Below are positions 59,179 through 64,000 of a DNA stretch of 64,000 bases, one piece after another; positions within the stretch are counted from its first letter, which is position 1, and each line of letters begins with the position of its first letter. Made by a program: the position numbers and the translations under genes. Source of the DNA: a virus (taxonomy: Duplodnaviria; Caudoviricetes); the IMG/VR virus record IMGVR_UViG_2850738089_000001, positions 5,265 through 69,264 of that record; one strand, written 5' to 3'. The notes below the pieces were generated by a model that saw only the letters and a program-made list of their open reading frames with translations, was not told the origin of the DNA and did not search any database.

Positions 59179-60864
59179 GTGGCTGACATGGTTTCTTTGG
59201 CTTTAATGGATGATATCCTGCGACAAACGACAGTTGTAGAAAAGTCTTACCCTCTATGGGGAGGTATGCCGCTTACTAAGGGCAATGTATCACGCGTACT
59301 GTCAGATGGCAAGGCTGCCGACCTTCCTGTCGGAGTATTCGGATCAAGGAAGGTATCTGCGCCATCAGGGCTTACATTGGCTTCTCAATCTTCCTTTGTA
59401 CTTATGAGTTCTCTGCCGGTAAACTCTACTCAAGCAATCGTTGTTTATTATGACGGTACATCTGTATACGCTTGTGTAGTAACAGAAATCAATTACGTGG
59501 TTAGTTATGGAACCGCTGTTGTAATAGCAACCACTGCATCAGGTCAAAATCCTCTGAACGGTTTTATTGATGGTAACATAGTATCGCTGGGCGGCGGTAA
59601 GTTTTTAACTTGGTATACATCCTCAGGTAACACAATGGGAGTAGTGTTAACCGTTTCAGGTTCTGCAGTGTCTGTAGGCTCTGTGTACAGTTTGGCTACC
59701 GGAGTTACTACTATGTTCTTCTCTATAGGTGTGCTGACGGTTGGATCTAAATACGTTGCTATGTACAGCGACGGATCAACCGTAAAAGCTGTTGTATTAA
59801 CAATAACAGGTACTACGATTGCGCTAGGCTCTGTTGCTACTCTTGTTACGGCTGCTGTGTACGGGTCATATATGAGCGGGTGCGGATTGAGTGCAACACT
59901 AGGGGTTGTAACGTATTCTACAGCTTCTGCAACATTCATTATAGCCTTCTCGGTATCAGGAACGACGATAACCGCAGGTACGGCGCTGAACGCGACATCG
60001 TCAGCCAATAATAACTCGCTTAGGATATTCCCTCTGTCCGCCACGACTTGCGTAGTATTCTATGGAGGCTCTAGCAACTATGCAGGAGGTTTCACTTGTT
60101 CTATAAGCGGGACAGTTGTTACTAAACTTGCAGGATTAACGCTTATGTCTCCAGGGAGCCAGGTAAACTATTTGTGGGTTATGCCTATAGACGGAATTGG
60201 AGCGTTTGCTGTGTTTACCAACTCTTCGAGCAGTTCGTACTTATAAGTATGCGTAGTAAACTGCTCGACAGATGGCACTACTGCAATCCAGTCCGCCTTA
60301 TCGAATATATTCGGTTCTTCGTCACCATCGTCTAATATGTATTCAAGTAACTTTACAGCTACTTCTGACATCGTTAACAAACGCGTCACTTTTGCTTACG
60401 CGGGCACATTGAATTCTGGACTTAGTATTGTAAAGACAGGCAGCGTTAGTTGGCTCGGCGGAATTAATTTCAACCTAGTCGATAGCGGCACAGTTCAAAA
60501 TCTACCGATCAGCGCAACAATTAATATAACCCCAGCAAGCTCGGTTTTCCTATCGGCAGACAAGGTTTTGTGCTTATTCTTAGGAACAATAGGAGGGGTT
60601 GCACAAAGCGCGGTAGTACTGCTAACGCCTGAAACTGCTCTGAGTTACGCCGGAGCCGCTTATGATATGGCGGTAGGGATAGCCACTGGAGATGCTAAGG
60701 TAGCCCTAAAAGGTATTGTAACAATAGCTGCCGGAGGGCTTATGGCGGGGGCACAGTATTACTACGACTCCAATGGCGTTATCACCCTAGTAGCTACAGG
60801 TAACACATCTCTAGGCAAAGCGGTATCAACAACAGAAATAGTCTTGAAAGACTATATATTCTAA
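59179..60864 (+). pseudogene. Putative receptor-binding protein interrupted by one in-frame TAA (60244-60246)
   Basis: ORFs 59179-60246 and 60337-60864 share a frame, with 30 open codons between; same S/T/G/V-rich repeats. Confidence 0.7.
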
Positions 60865-60869
60865 TTAAT

Positions 60870-61166
60870 GAGGAGTTGTTAACAAAGTACATTGCGGGTG
60901 TAGTTGTATTAATAGGAGAGCAAGCAGAAGAGGTTGAGTGAGGTATCTACGTAGGCGACTGCCTATACTCAGAACCTAACTTAACTATCCACGACGTATC
61001 CAATATAGAGGGTATATAACCCCTCAAATTCTGCTACAAACCATAGCAAGGATTCTCTCAAAATCTTAACTACCTTCCATCTGATTCAGACAAAGTAGTA
61101 AGTCTGAGAAAAGAGCTCGAAGCTGTTCAAGAAGCCGTTATTGCTATAATGGATCTCTTGATGTAG
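60870..61166 (+). pseudogene. Degraded fibre-assembly/XkdW-like gene
   Basis: Frame reads ..IEGI*PLKFCYKP*QGFSQN..LRKELEAVQEAVIAIMDLLM*; precedes XkdX-like peptide. Confidence 0.5.
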
Positions 61167-61195
61167 CTAACAAGCTAATGAAGGGAGGTGATACA

Positions 61196-61321
61196 ATGTA
61201 CGCATTCATTCTTAGCATGTGGGTGGCAAAAAAGATCATAGAAGGAAAAGTAAGAAGCTATTCACCTAAATTCATTTCACCAGAAGAAGCTGATTTGGTT
61301 CTAGCAACGCCGCAACTATAA
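61196..61321 (+). CDS. 41-aa XkdX-like small protein
   Basis: GGGAGGTG RBS; MYAFILSMW...FISPEEADLVLATPQL. Confidence 0.65.
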   Translation: MYAFILSMWVAKKIIEGKVRSYSPKFISPEEADLVLATPQL

Positions 61322-61480
61322 GATAACCTGCTGAGCTGATTAATAGTTTCATATTCGACACGGTAGACTTCGCATAGGCGGGGCTATTTTTAATTTCTGC
61401 AGGTTTAATACGAAGATTCTTATATACAGAATGAAGCCTCGCCTAGTGCGAGGCTTTTCCTTTTGGAGAGGGGGGATCAA

Positions 61481-61774
61481 GTGGCTGAGATGCAGATATT
61501 GAATGATATTGCTGTGAAAGTAGGGAAGCTCGAAGCGCTCCAAGAGACAAATGCTAAAGCCATTAGTGATTTGACTTCGAGCGTCAATAGACTTGTAGAT
61601 CGGTTGGGGCAATCAGATGACCTTGCTCGAGAAGCAGATCAACGAGCGCGATCTGCTCATCATCGACTTGATAAGATAGATAAAATCATTTTCTGGTGTG
61701 GATCAACTGTAATCGGTGGAATTATTGTAACCATTGTTGCTTATGGCATGAAGGGCGGATTTACTACGCCTTAA
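61481..61774 (+). CDS. xhlA: XhlA/haemolysin-like membrane lysis protein
   Basis: Coiled coil, ARSAHHRLD, C-terminal TM helix. Confidence 0.7.
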   Translation: MAEMQILNDIAVKVGKLEALQETNAKAISDLTSSVNRLVDRLGQSDDLAREADQRARSAHHRLDKIDKIIFWCGSTVIGGIIVTIVAYGMKGGFTTP

Positions 61775-61793
61775 GAAGAGAGGATGATAGTTC

Positions 61794-62069
61794 ATGGAAT
61801 GGAATGTGATTTCGCAATTGCTCGATCCAAAGTTAGCAATTGTTCTAGCAGTTTGTTGGGTGCTTGGATTTATCTTGAAACAAACTCCAAAGGTACCGAA
61901 TTGGAGCATTGTTTATATTGTCACAGTCTTCGCTATAGTCTTTGCTGTGTGGATTATGGGAATTAGTGCCTTATCATTCTTGCAAGGCTTCTTATGCGGA
62001 GCTGTGAGCGTGTACGGCTATCAGATGGTAAAGCAAGCTAAAGAAGGAGCTGAAAAGAATGCAAACTAA
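61794..62069 (+). CDS. Holin (three TM helices)
   Basis: VLGFILKQTPKVPNW, LQGFLCGA.SVYGYQ; directly before endolysin. Confidence 0.8.
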   Translation: MEWNVISQLLDPKLAIVLAVCWVLGFILKQTPKVPNWSIVYIVTVFAIVFAVWIMGISALSFLQGFLCGAVSVYGYQMVKQAKEGAEKNAN

Positions 62070-62979
62070 AAGCCCTAGTAATTTGAAGGTTATCGACGTA
62101 TCCCACCATCAAGGCTCTATCAACTGGCCCAAGGTTAAGTCAGACGGCGTTGATGGTGCCTTTATCAAGGCGACAGAAGGGAAAACGGGTATTGATTCCA
62201 AGTTCTCATCCAACGCTACAGGAGCCATCCTAGCGGGGCTGAAAGTAGGGTATTACCACTATGCACATCCAGAGAATAACCCTGCTGAGGTTGAAGCAGC
62301 TAACTTTGTAAACAAGGCTAATGGCTTCGCAGCCGACTTTCCGCATGTACTGGATGTTGAAGGGAAAGCGGACAGTCTAGGAGCCGTGAAGTTGACAGCT
62401 TGGTGTGTAGCGTGGTTGAAGGAAGTGGAACGCCTTACAGGGCATTCTGTGATGATTTATACGGGGGCGAGCTTCGCTAGATCATACTTAGGCAAGGAAT
62501 TGAGCAAGTGGCCTCTTTGGATTGCTCATTACGGAGCAGCTAAGCCAATGGAAAATAACATATGGTCTGAATGGTCCGTGTTTCAATATGCGGACAATGT
62601 TAAGGTAAGTGGAATCACTGGTAGTGTCGATATGAACGTGATGGAGAAAGCTTTTTACGATAAGCACACCATTAAGCTACCGGCTCCAGAACCAACGCCA
62701 ACAGAAAACATTAAAGTCATCGTTGACGACAAGCTGACTGCCTACGGACGTATAATCAAAGGACACGTATATCTGCCGATTTGCAAACTAGGTGAGGAGT
62801 TAGGGTATGTGGTTGACTGGAATGCTAGAGCCGCAACGCCCTACATTAACGGCAAGCCAATAACGTTTTACGAAGCTATCGATGGCTTGACCTATATTGG
62901 TGTACGTGCTGTAGCCGAATTGCTTGGCGGTACTGTATCATGGAACGTAGAAGAGAAGAAGGTATTTTTCTATAAGTAA
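62059..62979 (+). CDS. Endolysin, GH25 muramidase
   Basis: 306 aa, highly similar to 39378. Confidence 0.92.
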   Translation: MQTKSPSNLKVIDVSHHQGSINWPKVKSDGVDGAFIKATEGKTGIDSKFSSNATGAILAGLKVGYYHYAHPENNPAEVEAANFVNKANGFAADFPHVLDVEGKADSLGAVKLTAWCVAWLKEVERLTGHSVMIYTGASFARSYLGKELSKWPLWIAHYGAAKPMENNIWSEWSVFQYADNVKVSGITGSVDMNVMEKAFYDKHTIKLPAPEPTPTENIKVIVDDKLTAYGRIIKGHVYLPICKLGEELGYVVDWNARAATPYINGKPITFYEAIDGLTYIGVRAVAELLGGTVSWNVEEKKVFFYK

Positions 62980-63064
62980 TACAATACCCCACTGGTTTAT
63001 TATGCTGGCGGGGTATTATATTGTTTGTCATGGAAATTAGCGTCCAATCATAATTTTAAATGAG

Positions 63065-63253
63065 GTGATAAAAATGAACTTAAATCAAAACGGAGCATTT
63101 ATTTTTATTTCTGAATCCCCAAACGGTAAATATGTTATGCTGATTCCAGTTGGAGATAAAGAAGAACAAATTGTAATACCCAAACATTCGTTTGATAAAG
63201 ATTACGAACTTGTAACAAATAACACTTACAGAAAAAAGCCGCTAAGCGGTTAG
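63065..63253 (+). CDS. Hypothetical small protein
   Basis: GAGGTG RBS; 62 aa. Confidence 0.4.
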   Translation: MIKMNLNQNGAFIFISESPNGKYVMLIPVGDKEEQIVIPKHSFDKDYELVTNNTYRKKPLSG

Positions 63254-64000
63254 CGGCTTTTTAGTAGGGAGAGCAAAGCTTTGAATTGTGTACCAAAGCG
63301 TTTCGAGTTCCTCATTCCATAAGCCTTCTGATTTTAAAATATCAATCACTTCTACGAATAACTGATTATTAATAATTTCTGTCGCAACTGTACCTGCGTA
63401 TGCTTCGGGAGCAGTACCTTCCTCCATTATATTTGAGGCAGACTGAACAATTTGGTTTCTCCTACGTGTTGTTTTTTCATCGTTGTAGGTTCTACATTTT
63501 TTTACTAGAGATTCTATTTCTTTGTGAACAGCTTGTGAGACTTCAAACCTTGGAAAGACAACTTTTCTCGAGTCATTGAGTTGTAATAATTCGATTGTTT
63601 CTTCCCCTACAGAGGTCAAACCAATAAACCTGTAACTATTTAAAGCTAAATGTTCTCTTGGATCCATAAGTGCTGGATTAACAATAGGATGAACCAGAGT
63701 ATCATGATTTGACTTTTTACCATTACATCTTTTGCAACTAGGTAAAAGATTATCCCATACTACTACTAGGTCAGGGTTACTAGATTTATCTTGGAAATGT
63801 TCGACTTCCATATACTTAGATTCAATGTTCAGCTTACACTCGCAGTATGCACATTTTGAATGAGAACTCTCTAAAAGTGCACGCTCAATATATGTTTGCT
63901 TCCAAACAGGTTTTCCTGTTAATTTAAATTCTTCAGTTAGTCTCGAAATTACTTCATCTGTAAGTTCAGTCGGTTTTGGTAGTTTTTTAATTTTTATCAT
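63242..64000 (-). CDS. HNH endonuclease (PtuB-like)
   Basis: KCAYCE...EVEHF..K...WDNLLPSCKRCNGKK...IVNP. Confidence 0.85.
   Translation of the reverse strand: MIKIKKLPKPTELTDEVISRLTEEFKLTGKPVWKQTYIERALLESSHSKCAYCECKLNIESKYMEVEHFQDKSSNPDLVVVWDNLLPSCKRCNGKKSNHDTLVHPIVNPALMDPREHLALNSYRFIGLTSVGEETIELLQLNDSRKVVFPRFEVSQAVHKEIESLVKKCRTYNDEKTTRRRNQIVQSASNIMEEGTAPEAYAGTVATEIINNQLFVEVIDILKSEGLWNEELETLWYTIQSFALPTKKPLTA

Larger units (their letters stand above)
43349..63016 (+). mobile_element. Head-less, integrase-less prophage derivative (PBSX/R-type tailocin-like locus) retaining primase and origin
   Basis: ImmA/ImmR, primase, activator, full Xkd tail, lysis; no integrase, terminase, portal, capsid or neck genes. 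Confidence 0.85.

Noticed and set aside
59544-60044. 166-aa minus-strand ORF and similar antisense ORFs across the window
   Set aside because: Shadow frames of well-supported plus-strand genes, without RBS or motifs
43349-63016. PICI or classic phage satellite; or assembly duplication of prophage 1
   Set aside because: No integrase, terminase subunit or capsid-redirect gene; paralogs are too diverged and differ in gene content for a mis-assembly

Overview
The window holds two related Bacillota (probably Paenibacillaceae) phage-derived elements in tandem. (1) Positions 1 to about 43,305 are the right-hand part of a temperate myovirus-like prophage. It carries a replication module (DUF2800 nuclease, SSB, clamp-like protein, family A polymerase, VapE primase-helicase with iteron origin, VRR-NUC, SNF2), a frameshifted late activator, PBSX-type terminase, SPP1-type portal, a MuF-ADP-ribosyltransferase toxin fusion, head, a contractile Xkd-type tail, a large glycoside hydrolase, holin and GH25 endolysin, and several AT-rich morons (NDT-like, TIR, lipoprotein, small membrane peptides). 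It ends at an attR-like site containing a displaced glnA 3' end. (2) Positions about 43,350 to 63,000 are a head-less, integrase-less sister element. It has an SOS box, an ImmA/ImmR switch, an intact primase-helicase with its own iteron origin, an intact late activator, a complete contractile tail with a shorter tape measure, and a lysis cassette. Visible scars mark where the packaging, head and neck genes were deleted, so it looks like a tailocin-like locus that kept replication functions. The two elements use different iteron and late-operator sequences yet share a near-identical tail-fibre block. An HNH nuclease gene closes the window. All family assignments come from motif recognition, not database searches.
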